64,000 nucleotides of DNA from Octopus bimaculoides (taxonomy: Eukaryota): positions 16,036,405-16,100,404 of the forward strand of contig NC_068995.1 of NCBI RefSeq assembly GCF_001194135.2, read 5' to 3'. Below, one piece after another: positions 37,541 to 50,045 of the stretch (its first letter is position 1; the number at the start of each line of letters is the position of its first letter). Below the pieces are notes generated by a model. It ran no database searches, was not told the origin of the DNA, and saw only the letters and a list, made by a program, of their open reading frames with translations. The translations under genes and the position numbers were made by a program.

Positions 37541-38690
37541 TGATACTTTTCTTGATATGAATAGTATTAAGTCTTTTATCTCCAACAACTCGTCTTCAGA
37601 TCGATATTTTATTTAAATAACGTTAAACAGATATTCAATCATTACAATTTGATAAAGGAAAAGATTTTAGGGTACGTAACTTGTCTAGATATAAGATTCT
37701 TCCTTGGATTGGACCCTGGTCAAATGCTGATAAATTTTGTAGAAGCTCTGCTGCATGTTAGATATAGTTTGCTGAAATCCATCCCCCACACAATACAGGA
37801 GCTGCAACATGTTCATTCAACATGCCTAAGCTATCAAAATACAACGCCCCACTAAAAAAAAAAAAAAAAAAAAAATCCAAAAATCCAAATCAAAAAGCAA
37901 AAACCAAAACGTAAAAGGCATATTGGGATGCTGCCACGGAACAGCTATTTTTAGTATTCATTATAATTGATTTACTGGTTTCTTGTTTTTCTAATAAACC
38001 ATTCTGAGAATGATCTAACACATTAAAGAGAAAGCAATGCATTATATATTATCGTGATGTATTTACATAAATTGAAAATCAAATCTAGCTCTTAAAATAG
38101 CAAACACATACTAACAGATATTTTAGAAAGTCAAACACTCATTGATTAATTTCAGCGATGCACATAAGTAACTTATTCGTAACGACACCAAAGTTTGTTC
38201 TGTTTATAGAAAAAAAGATTTAAAATGTAGAATATTTAAAATTTCTTCGTAAATACGTAAATGTGTTTACAGTTTAACAAAGTTGAAATCTTTAGCGCAT
38301 ATATATTTTTCTTGTTATCTATTTCGCCGTAGGTTTATCGTTTAAATCCAATTATATTCCTCTAATTATATTTAGGCAAATTAAAGGCTTTTTAAATTAT
38401 CAGCTACTATAAATTACCAGCTAGTACGAATTTAATTAAACTCAGAAATAGAAATGAAAAAATAACGCGTAATATATTCTGTAATTTTAAAATTGTATTT
38501 ACATAGTTACGTCTTAAATTATTTAGAAGTAAAATTTCTGTGCTTGAATAATGTGTTATAATTGCAATGAAGAAAATCTGAGGAAATGGTATTCTTTTGG
38601 GATAAATAAACAAAGGCTGATGCAGTTACAGATGACATTTTCTTTATTTTTGTCTTAGCTGTCACAAGTAGTCGAAAATAATTATATATT

Positions 38691-39068
38691 GTTGTTGTTG
38701 GCACTCCGTCGCTTACGACGTCGAGGGTTCCAGTTGATCCGATCACTGGAACAGCCTGCTCATAAAATTAACGTGCAAGTGGCTGAGCACTCCACAGACA
38801 CGTGTACCCTTAACGTAGTTCTCGGAGATATTCAGCGTGACACAGTGTGACAAGGCTGACCCTTTGAATTACAGGCACAGGAAGTAAGAGTGAGGGAAAG
38901 TTGTGGTGAAAGAATACAGTAGGGCTCGCCACCATCCCCTGCCGGAGACTCGTGGAGCTTTAGATGTTTTCGCTCAATAAACACTCACAACGCCAGGTCT
39001 GGGAATCGAAACCGTGATTCTATGACCGCCAGTCCGCTGCCCTAACCACTGGGCCATTGCGCCTCCAC
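38691..39068 (-). mobile_element. SINE family C, full length with TSD
   Basis: tRNA-like head at 39068 (TGGCCCAGTGG A box, GGTTTCGATTCC B box), (CAA)n tail; 11-bp TSD aat(t/c)atatatt at 38680-38690 and 39069-39079. Confidence 0.9.
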
Positions 39069-42000
39069 AATCATATATTATAAGAAGTTAAAAAGTGTGT
39101 GGATAAGNNNNNNNNNNNNNNNNNNNNNNNNNNNNNNNNNNNNNNNNNNNNNNNNNNNNNNNNNNNNNNNNNNNNNNNNNNNNNNNNNNNNNNNNNNNNN
39201 NNNNNNNNNNNNNNNNNNNNNNNNNNNNNNNNNNNNNNNNNNNNNNNNNNNNNNNNNNNNNNNNNNNNNNNNNNNNNNNNNNNNNNNNNNNNNNNNNNNN
39301 NNNNNNNNNNNNNNNNNNNNNNNNNNNNNNNNNNNNNNNNNNNNNNNNNNNNNNNNNNNNNNNNNNNNNNNNNNNNNNNNNNNNNNNNNNNNNNNNNNNN
39401 NNNNNNNNNNNNNNNNNNNNNNNNNNNNNNNNNNNNNNNNNNNNNNNNNNNNNNNNNNNNNNNNNNNNNNNNNNNNNNNNNNNNNNNNNNNNNNNNNNNN
39501 NNNNNNNNNNNNNNNNNNNNNNNNNNNNNNNNNNNNNNNNNNNNNNNNNNNNNNNNNNNNNNNNNNNNNNNNNNNNNNNNNNNNNNNNNNNNNNNNNNNN
39601 NNNNNNNNNNNNNNNNNNNNNNNNNNNNNNNNNNNNNNNNNNNNNNNNNNNNNNNNNNNNNNNNNNNNNNNNNNNNNNNNNNNNNNNNNNNNNNNNNNNN
39701 NNNNNNNNNNNNNNNNNNNNNNNNNNNNNNNNNNNNNNNNNNNNNNNNNNNNNNNNNNNNNNNNNNNNNNNNNNNNNNNNNNNNNNNNNNNNNNNNNNNN
39801 NNNNNNNNNNNNNNNNNNNNNNNNNNNNNNNNTTAGTCATATATAATGCTATTGATTCCGTCACTGAAGTCATCCTTTAACAATATATAACTTCTGTTTG
39901 TTTGCATTCAATGCACACCCATGAAGTGCTACATGAGCCACTGTAAATCAATTATATCTACTACAACGAAACATGTCGCTGAGGGCGGTTTTTAATTCAA
40001 GTAACGCAAAACGGTTATTTTACCACTATAGTAAAATAAACTGAACGCTTGGTGATGTGTATTTTGAACAGCGACAAAATTCGTTTTGGCTTTACATACA
40101 CGTCTTTCGTGGTAAGCGTTCTTATAGGTTGTGGTTCTTATTAAAAGGAGCTAGATGAACGTCGACTCTACAAAATACTGAAATCGTATAGTGGCCATCC
40201 ACCCTGCTACAAAATAGCAGCTAACTCTCCCTATTACCACTTTTAAGAAGAAAGAAATGACACATTGGATGGTGTAGTCATAGATGCATTACAAAGGAAT
40301 ATATACAGTATAAAGGAATAAAAGGTGTAGCGGTCATGCCACGAAGGTCTTTTATTTATAGGTCTGCTTTGATCTGAGGAGAATGAATTGCTGAAAGGGA
40401 ATCAATTTATTACACTTTCAGCTACAGTATTAAAAGTACAAGTGTAAACGTCCGTAATCATTACAAACGGCTGGCGGCCAACCATATACAATGCACGTGG
40501 ACGGGAAGATGTAGTGTTGTGGTATTCACAGGTGCTTTAATCGTTTAATATGTCTGGTGCTTTTGGAATCATTCTTGAGTGATTTAGTAATACGAAGATG
40601 GACACTGATTTTTCTTTAGTAACTAGATCGACAAAAAAAAACTCCTCTCCCTCACAAGCTTGTTGACCTCAAATTCCCATGATGTTACTGTGAAAATTAT
40701 ATCATCGACAAAGTATCCGTTGAGCTGATCCAATGCTTGCTTGGGTTGGACTTTTCAATGTGGCATTCACTAAGAAGTGCTTTTATTCGGAAGAACAAGT
40801 GTTTTATTGAATTTCTCGGTATTTCGGGCTTCGAGGCGGGATTATATCTTCAGTTGTGACAATGTCAGCTTATCTAGCTAGGTGTTTGATACGATTATAG
40901 TGAGGATTAACATCAATTTACTGAACAGTATTGACCTTCGGTTCATATTTATCGCGAAGATTATATTAGTTCATCTAAATTTCTGCATGTCCAACACTTA
41001 GCACTGGTTAGTCGAAGTTTTAAGCAAGGTCTTCACAGCATGGAACAATTCTCCACGAAACGAAACTCAATCAACTTTTTTTTCCTGGAAACATTTTTGC
41101 ACGCGGGACAATTATGGTTCTTCTCCAAAGAATTCCATCTGGACGTTATATTTGACTGTTTACCAACAGTATGGAATGGTATTGCTTTGGCTTGAACAAA
41201 ATTAGTTCTCCAAATAAAGAAAAATCAAATTTGAAATAAACAAATTAATTAATAAAAGTTTCTCGAAACATAGACTTGCCTCAGCAGAAGGCTGTGGTAC
41301 CAAACATGACAACTATATTTTGAAAACAGTAGCTTATTATAGGAATAGTCATGCCTGAATACAAAAAACGTAACGAAATGCTTGATTATTCCATTAATTA
41401 GTAGTAAGTGGTAGTCAGTGCTAGAGGGCCTTTTAAATGAACACTAAGACGGGCAACTGGGTGTCTGAACTTGTTAAAGTTAGTTTTAGGAGGAAGTAGA
41501 GTCGTGAGTTCAATAGCGATCACGTGTTGCATTTATCAAATCTTTTAATATATTCTACAGAAACTGACAAGTTCTCTTGTGTCATAATCGAGTTGCTTTC
41601 ATACGATACAAAAGTTGATGCGAATTTGTAATTCCAGGAGATATTACAGGGAAGGAGCTAGTAGGAACATCTGCGTGTATGCTACGTTTCGGAAGCAGTG
41701 CTAACTGTCTAATAAGTCTATTCATCAAATATGAATGTTAAAATTCTCTAACTAGTTATCACTATTAATCTCTGTTAATCATAGTCTGTTTTCTTTTGTA
41801 ATTGATGGGGGATTTTGTGTAGGATGAGAAACAGAGATAGGCATATATTCCCTTGTTAGATATGTATTACAATGTGTAATAAAATTTTATTTATTTATAT
41901 ATTTTTTGTCTTTGTTATTTCCTATTTCCTAAGGGTTATTTCTAGTTGGCTTCTACTTAGAAATAAAAGGAAATGACTACGAATCTCTTCAAACTTTGCT

Positions 42001-42654
42001 TTTGTGACCTGGACGTAAATGTTTTTGAGTTGCTGAAGAAGAAATATCGTTACAGCAAATATTTTGCTCAATACCACAGATTTGCTTGCCAGTTGCTTGA
42101 CCTTAACTACTTGAGTTTGTCACTTAGTGGCTGACAATACGTGCATTTCTGATCATGAGCAGGATTAGGGGAGGAGAGCATCATAGCCATGTATTGAGAG
42201 GGATTTTTGGGTTTTGAATAAATGTAACACAAGCAACGTTTGAAGGAAATAGTCATTTTTCATACTTTCTAGGGTAAGCAACTAGAAAATAACTGTTGCT
42301 ATCCTATCGTATTACACTTTTATTAGTGATAGCTATCACTCGCGAAAGAGAAATGGTTTGGTATCACGTACGATGCTTTTACTCATTCTTTTAGCTGTGT
42401 ATGTAATCTCTGGCAACCACAGACACTTTTCCCATTCCTCGTCTCAGTGACATATCCAGGATGTAACTGGTGGAGGAAAAGAGACTGTACCAGCACTCGG
42501 CTGACATTCATTCATTTTCAGCTGATTTGAGTGAAATGAAGTGCTTTACTCAAGGACACATCGTGCTGCTCTGTCCAGAAATTGACCCAGCAACATTATG
42601 ACAGTGAGTCGAACATCCTAACTAACTGGTCACTCATCGTTACCTTTTTTTTTC

Positions 42655-43185
42655 TGTAATTTCTGAAATTTTGTGCATTGCTCTTGGAACATCAGAAGGG
42701 TCTGCACATAGCCATCTGTTATTTTTTCCGTTAGTTTTCTGGTCATGGTCAAAGTTATTCTCATCTGAGAAAAACCAAATGACATCATCTTCTGATGGAT
42801 TTTTAAGTTCGTTCAGAAGGCTTTGGGATCTGATTAAACAGTTTTCGTTTGTTTTTTACTGACATGAATTGACGTGTCCTCATCACTTAAGATTTATATC
42901 TAATGTCTTCCTGCACAACATATAGCTATTGTTTTTTATGACACACATTTTATTTTTAATTGACGTCAATGATTTTCTTGGATTGCCTTCAATGTTTTGC
43001 TTAACTTCCTGAATAAATTCAGGTCGCCTGATAGAATCAGAGTGTTTGGAATGTTTTTTACTTTTTATTACATTAGTAAGCAAATGGACTGTCGTTGTTA
43101 TTTTCTGAAATAGAAGTTCAATAACAATTAGTCAAATAAAATGACTAAAAATGCATGCGTCCTCAAATACTGTCCGAACCCTGTA
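42655..43185 (-). mobile_element. 5' part of a Tc1/mariner-superfamily (maT/DD37D-like) transposon
   Basis: TA-CAGGGTTCGG end at about 43183; KKHSKHSDSIRRPEFIQEVK..NPRKS; then LLNELKNP..WFFSDENNFDHDQKTNGKNNRWLCADP with the first catalytic Asp. Confidence 0.8.
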
Positions 43186-43241
43186 TTTATGTATATATCT
43201 GTGTGTGTGTGTGTGTGTGTGTGTGTGCACGCGTGTGTATG

Positions 43242-43301
<60 letters not shown>

Positions 43302-43437
43302 NNNNNNNNNNNNNNNNNNNNNNNNNNNNNNNNNNNNNNNNNNNNNNNNNNNNNNNNNNNNNNNNNNNNNNNNNNNNNNNNNNNNNNNNNNNNNNNNNNN
43401 NNNNNNNNNNNNNNNNNNNNNNNNNNNNNNNNNNNNN

Positions 43438-43476
<39 letters not shown>

Positions 43477-43487
43477 TATGTATATAT

Positions 43488-43796
43488 ATAGTTGAAATTT
43501 ATAGAAAATTAAAAGACGAAGACAGGTGTATGAAGAAGAAGCAAGTGTATTCGTTTGACGCTCGGGAAAAGAAAAAATCCTTTACGTTTTGAGCGTTCCA
43601 GCCATGCTGGAACGCTGAAATCTACGGGTTTATTTTTTCACTCTCTCTCTGTTTGTTTTCTCTTATTCCTTTCGGTTGAAGATCGTGGGCTCGGAACTTA
43701 AAAGACTTTTTCATTTTCCTCGAACGTCAAACTAATATACTTGCTTGTTGTTCATACACCTGTCTTCGTCATTTGTTTGTCTATAAATTCAACTAT
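43488..43796. repeat. Foldback element with about 108-bp imperfect inverted arms
   Basis: 43488-43594 versus 43689-43796, roughly 80% identical by eye; single-arm relatives at 60624-60695 and about 6675-6770. Confidence 0.9.
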
Positions 43797-44324
43797 CTAG
43801 TATACGCTCACGTAGTTACCCCAGTTTAATCCTGACTGAACTTCCTACTCTTTGGACCTGCATAACTGAACCACTTCCCGCTCTTTCAGTACCTCTCCTC
43901 ATCCACATACCAGCACTCTACCCATATTACCAGTGAATCTACTGACTCTACCTTCACGGATTTCACAGGATTTTTCCGTTGATGTATATATACATATATA
44001 TACATATATATAGAGAGAGATTAATTCTATGCTAAATTGTGGTACAGTATGGGCAGATTTCTGAAATGCAGCGAACATTTATGCAGATATAACAGTTTAA
44101 AGGATAAGCCGATTATAATGGATAATACTAAGTGGACTTTTCATTTTTCTCTCTCTTTTTCTTTTTTCTTTGTGATGTAATCTTGGGACTGAAAATATTT
44201 GAGGCTGAAGATAGCTCTAAACCATCCTTTATATCAACAATATATACTGATGTAATGACAGTTTGTGTATAAAGCTTGAAACACGTGTACCGCGATATCC
44301 CTTGTGTTCTGTTTTCAATTTACG

Positions 44325-44357
<33 letters not shown>

Positions 44358-45126
44358 NNNNNNNNNNNNNNNNNNNNNNNNNNNNNNNNNNNNNNNNNNN
44401 NNNNNNNNNNNNNNNNNNNNNNNNNNNNNNNNNNNNNNNNNNNNNNNNNNNNNNNNNNNNNNNNNNNNNNNNNNNNNNNNNNNNNNNNNNNNNNNNNNNN
44501 NNNNNNNNNNNNNNNNNNNNNNNNNNNNNNNNNNNNNNNNNNNNNNNNNNNNNNNNNNNNNNNNNNNNNNNNNNNNNNNNNNNNNNNNNNNNNNNNNNNN
44601 NNNNNNNNNNNNNNNNNNNNNNNNNNNNNNNNNNNNNNNNNNNNNNNNNNNNNNNNNNNNNNNNNNNNNNNNNNNNNNNNNNNNNNNNNNNNNNNNNNNN
44701 NNNNNNNNNNNNNNNNNNNNNNNNNNNNNNNNNNNNNNNNNNNNNNNNNNNNNNNNNNNNNNNNNNNNNNNNNNNNNNNNNNNNNNNNNNNNNNNNNNNN
44801 NNNNNNNNNNNNNNNNNNNNNNNNNNNNNNNNNNNNNNNNNNNNNNNNNNNNNNNNNNNNNNNNNNNNNNNNNNNNNNNNNNNNNNNNNNNNNNNNNNNN
44901 NNNNNNNNNNNNNNNNNNNNNNNNNNNNNNNNNNNNNNNNNNNNNNNNNNNNNNNNNNNNNNNNNNNNNNNNNNNNNNNNNNNNNNNNNNNNNNNNNNNN
45001 NNNNNNNNNNNNNNNNNNNNNNNNNNNNNNNNNNNNNNNNNNNNNNNNNNNNNNNNNNNNNNNNNNNNNNNNNNNNNNNNNNNNNNNNNNNNNNNNNNNN
45101 NNNNNNNNNNNNNNNNNNNNNNNNNN

Positions 45127-45160
<34 letters not shown>

Positions 45161-45789
45161 ACATATCTCTCTCTCCCTCACTATCTATTTGTCTATCTAT
45201 CTACGAACCCATACAAACACATACGCACACAATATGTGGAAACGCTTTTCCGTTGATTCACAATGCTAAGTTAACCCCTCTCCATCAAACACAACAACTA
45301 TCATCAACATCACCAAACCAGTACCAGAAACACCACCATCGTCACCATCACGCTCAACCACCCACCACGTGTGGTGTATAGCTTAAACGGGAGCCCTACC
45401 AAACTGACCTGCTCTAGATCTCGTACATGTGCACGAAAAGTCTTTTAACCGATTCCCTACGGCCTTCAGCAATAAGTAGGCTCTTAGTGCGACTACCACA
45501 ATAATAAACAAGACTGTATTTTCCCGCGTAAAAAAAAAATCATGTTTCTAAATTTGTGAGTGAAATTTTATTTTAACATGATTTTTTTTTCCTGCTTACT
45601 GAATAAAAAAATTCAATTTAATTTATGTCATGTGAAAGTAATGAGATATTTTTTGACATACATAGAACTTGCTTATATTAACACTTCTTATGTTACTCAC
45701 TAGTCTGGGAGATATATTTCTTAGGTTGTTTAAATTGAAGGCACCAGAATCAAATTATATATAATAATATAGAATTTCTTATATTCCTT

Positions 45790-45987
45790 TATTATTTTGT
45801 TTCAGTCATTGGACCGCGGTCATGCTGGAGCACGACCCTGAAGAGTGTTGTAGAATAAATCGTGCTCAGTACTAAGCATTTTGTTTTGTTTTAGATCTGC
45901 TATTTCTATCATCCTTATGTCAAACTACTAAATTACAGAGGCATTAACAAACCAACTACGCTTGTCAAGTGGTGTGGGGAAAACGCA

Positions 45988-45990
<3 letters not shown>
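45790..45990 (-). mobile_element. SINE family A, 3' half
   Basis: gtttcagtcattggaccgcggtcatgctggagcac matches the family tail. Confidence 0.75.
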
Positions 45991-46064
<74 letters not shown>

Positions 46065-46522
46065 CATGTATGTATATGGATATGACATTAGACTATATCC
46101 GGTAGTGATGCTCCAGTTCAGGAGTTCTAGATTTGTTGGGTGCATGGAGTCATCCCTTAATTACCATTTCTCAGGTCCGATCTAGCCCGGAACGGTACGA
46201 GCTGAGCTGTCAGGGTCTGGGTTAAATATATTCCCAGAGGGTAGAATGGGCGGCAATTATTTTTGACAGAGCCGTGGGAAGGGAGGTCTTCTAGAAACAA
46301 GTTATTCTGGCATAACATTTGCAGTCATAATAGTAGCAAACCTCTTAAAATGCATGTCACTGGAACACACCAAGCGACACAAAGAGTGGCAAATGTGTTG
46401 TAGATGGTTTTGTGACTTAAATCCTATGATGTGCAGATGACTCACTACCATGTGAAACTGCTATTATCTGTGACAAGACGAGGCATGTATGTATGTATGT
46501 ATGTATGTATGTATGTATGTAT

Positions 46523-46834
46523 GGGCGCAGGCTTGGTCTGTATGGTAAGAAGCTTACTTCCCAACCACAGGGTTCCGACTTCAGTCACACTGCGTGGGCC
46601 TTGGGCAGCTGTCTTTTACTATGGCCTCGGATTTGGTAGACAAAAACTGAAAGAAGCTCGTCGTGAATGGATTTGGTAGATGGAAACTGAAAGAAGCCCG
46701 TCGTGTGTGTGCGCGTCTTTCTGTCTGTGTAAACCCTCCATCACTAGACAGCCGATATTGATGTGTTAACTTCTCCATGTATTAGCGGTTCCGCAAGAGA
46801 CCGATAGAATAAGTACAGGCTTACGAAGAATAAA
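46523..46834 (+). mobile_element. SINE family A with an internal 40-bp tandem duplication, 3'-truncated
   Basis: ggatttggtaga..aactgaaagaagc.cgtcgtg occurs twice at about 46630-46707. Confidence 0.85.
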
Positions 46835-47105
46835 TCCGAATTGCTGGCTTTGTGCTAAAATTTGAAACCAATACTTGAATGAAGGGAAGATGGCGAGTCG
46901 ACAGAATCGCTAGCAAGCTGGGCAAAATGCTTGTCGGCATTTTGTCCGTCTTTTTTTCTGAGTGCAAATTCCGCCGTGGTCGACTTTGCCTTTCATCATT
47001 TCAGCTCGATAAAACATGTACCACTTGAGCATTGAGGGTCGATGTAATCGACTTACCCCGCTCCCCCGAAGCCTGATGACCTTGTGCCAAAAGTTGAGGC
47101 CAAAT
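46835..47105 (+). mobile_element. SINE B tail fragment followed directly by a full SINE B
   Basis: Tail aattgctggc..tttgaaaccaata at 46835-46873, head aagatggcgag at 46887. Confidence 0.8.
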
Positions 47106-47390
47106 ATTAGTTTTAAATATTTGCATAACGGAGACTGTCAATGACGGTAGGAAGGGAAGAATCAGGCTTTTCCTTCTTTCTCAAAAAGATTATGTAGCAT
47201 TAGCAAAATTAAATACCGACGCGAGAGAATTTGAACATTCAAAATCGACGGATATTTAACTCTTTGAAACGTAGAGAGACTTTTTCATTGCATAGTATAC
47301 CAAGTTGCTGACTGTTTTACGGAAGCCATCATTAGTTAATCTGAGAATCTTTAACTCATCTTTATAAGCCAACAAAACACTAACATCTGC

Positions 47391-47397
<7 letters not shown>

Positions 47398-47477
<80 letters not shown>

Positions 47478-47520
47478 AGGTAGTAGTATTAGTAGTAGTA
47501 GTAGTAGTAATAGTGGTAGC
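47398..47520. repeat. (AGT)n microsatellite
   Basis: Direct read. Confidence 0.95.
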
Positions 47521-47719
47521 AGTTGTTAGAGCGGTGGATTTGTACGGTCGTTAGATCTTTGATTAGAACGTCTGGCAAGATCTGTTCCAAGTCTGTGCTC
47601 TCTGAGTTCAAATCACGCCGGCGTGACCATCGTCATTCATTGTAGATACTAGAAAATATTTTCTCTGTTGCTTTCACGATTCTCTCATCTGCTGTCCTGA
47701 ATAATATCAGCGCAAAGCC

Positions 47720-47875
47720 AGCAATCTCGGGAGCAGGGTAAGTCAATTACATCGACCCCAATGTTCCACTGGTAGTTATTTTATCGATTCCGAAAGAATG
47801 AAAAGCAAAGTCGACCTCAGTAGAATTTGAACTCAGAACGTAAAGAGGGGCGAGATGCCGCTAAGTATTTCGCTT
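47720..47875 (-). mobile_element. SINE family B copy interrupted by SINE C
   Basis: Core match; homology stops at the SINE C TSD. Confidence 0.8.
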
Positions 47876-47887
47876 TTAACACTTTTA

Positions 47888-48272
47888 AGTTGTTGGCACT
47901 CCGTCGCTTACGACGTCCAGGTTTCCTGTTGATCCAGTCAACAGAACAGCCTGCTCGTGAAATTAACGTGCAAGTGGCTGGGCACTCCACAGCAAGCGTA
48001 CCCTTAACGTAGTTCTTGGGGATATTCAGCGTGATACAGTGTGACAAGGCTGACCCTTTAAATTACAGGCATAACAGAAACAGGAAGTAAGAGTGAGAGA
48101 AAGTTGTGGTGAAAGAATACAGCAGGGTTCGCCACCATCCCCTGCCGGATGCCTCGTGGAGCTTTAGGTGTTTTCCCTCAATAAACACTCACAACGCCCG
48201 GTCTGGGAATCGAAACCGCGATCCTATGACCGCCAGTCCGCTGCCCTAACCACTGTGCCATTGCGCCTCCAC
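47888..48272 (-). mobile_element. SINE family C, full length with perfect 13-bp TSD
   Basis: TSD tttaacactttta at 47875-47887 and 48273-48285; high identity to 38691-39068. Confidence 0.95.
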
Positions 48273-49315
48273 TTTAACACTTTTACACGCACATAAATAG
48301 ACATCGGGTTTAAAACAGACACACTTTCATGCAGTTAAGAAGTCCAGGTATAGAGGTTACAATCGAGCCCAGTATTGACGTTGTTATATTCTAGATCTTA
48401 GCAGAATAAAACACAAAGTTAATTTCTGCGCCTGGATTTGAATTCAGAACGGAAAAGTGCCTTATTAAACGTTCCTTTGTATTTTCCCGAGCGGTGTATT
48501 GTTTTAGCCTGCTGCTGCTCTAATGGCGGTAAGAAATGATAATGATCTTCATTGTATAAAAAGTAAAGTCTCGCTGTTTTGATATTCATTTAAGGTCATC
48601 TTTTATCAACGCCTCTAGTTTTTTCGAAACCGATGCAGTGAGGGGCGCCTGTATATAGTTACCGAATATGTTAGAAATAGAAGTCAAATCCCTGTTATAT
48701 GACACCATTCGTCTCTAAAAGGGAGATGCACATAGTAGATAATATTGCGAGAGACAAATGGTATATGAAAAGACGGGATAGTTACGTGTAGCTAAGCAAT
48801 GATAACTACAATAACACTGCGATATAAACATAAAACGAAACCCCACAAATAGCGACAGTCAAAAATATATAAATACCATCTATTCCCATATCTCTTTTTT
48901 TAAACATGTAAGGATTTTAAGCCTGGACGAATAAACTAATAGTTATATTTAACAGTATAAAGTAATATTGGGGCAGTATGAGCGAATTGTTATAATATTT
49001 ACCACGCATTTACGTAGTCCTGAGTTCGATCACACAACGAGTCATCTCGGAAACATGTATTTTCGTTTAGCCTCGGCTCGACCCAACTCATGTTAGAGAA
49101 ATCTGGTAGTCAGATATCATCAACACATTGCTTCTCGCTGACGATGATTTTGTCTTGATTCAGCCTGGATATAACCGGAATGGGGGCACATGTATCTGTG
49201 GAATGCTTAGATACAAACTACTTCAATGAGCAGAGGGCTCAGTTGAACGATCAACTGAAGACCCATAGTCTAAACCTAAAGGGGCTCCATGTTATGAAAT
49301 ATATATAACTATATA

Positions 49316-49741
49316 GGCGCAGGAGTGGCTGTGTGGTAAGTAGCTTGCTTACCAACCACATGGTTCCGGGTTCAATCCCACTGCGTGGCACCTTGTGCAA
49401 GTGTCTTCTACTATAGCCTCGGGCCGATCAAAGCCTTGTGAGTGGATTTGGTAGACGGAAACTGAAAGAAGCCTGTCGTATATATGTATATAAATATATA
49501 TGTGGCGGTGGGGGGGGGCGGTGTGCATGTTTGTGTGTCTGTGTTTGTCCCCCCCCCCCCAACATCGCTTGACAACCGATGCTGGTGTGTTCACGTCCCC
49601 GAAACTTGGCGGTTCAGCAAAAGAGGCCGATAGAATAAGTACCAGGCTTACAAAGAATAAGTCCTGGGGTCGATTTGCTCGACTAAAGGCAGTACTCCAG
49701 CATGGCCGCAGTCAAATGACTGAAACAAGTAAAAGAGTAAA
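49316..49741 (+). mobile_element. SINE family A, best-preserved copy
   Basis: A box TGGCTGTGTGG, B box GGTTCAATCCC, CORE-like caccttg(t/g)gcaagt segment, central simple repeat, AAAGAGT tail. Confidence 0.95.
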
Positions 49742-49828
49742 AGAGAGAGTAAAGAGTAATATCATGTATATATAGAGTATATATAACTGTATCAGGTAAG
49801 AACCACAGTTAATATGATAGAGCTTCAT

Positions 49829-50045
49829 AAGGCAGCGAACTGTTAAAATCGTTAGCACGCCGGGAACATTGCTCAGCGGCATTTCGTTTCTTTTTACGTT
49901 GAGTTCAAATTCCACCGTGGTCGATTTACCCTTTCGTCCTTTTGGAAATCGAAAAAATAAGCATCAGTTAAACACAGGGGTCGAGGTAATCGACTTATCC
50001 CCTTCCCTGAAATTGCTGGCCTTGTGCCAACATTTGAAACCAATA
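49829..50045 (+). mobile_element. SINE family B, full length
   Basis: Head with GAGTTCAAATTCC B box; central cctttc(a/g)tcc..tcgataaaataagtacc segment resembling the Deu/Nin SINE domain. Confidence 0.9.

Noticed and set aside
37631-37876. ORF 37649..37855 before a poly-A run; alternative frame with C-type-lectin-like PWSNADKFCRS
   Set aside because: Two incompatible weak resemblances in different frames with early stops; chance cannot be excluded
40550-41200. Very old Gypsy RT remnant (YFVDDIIF on minus)
   Set aside because: One motif only; other RT motifs could not be recovered in order
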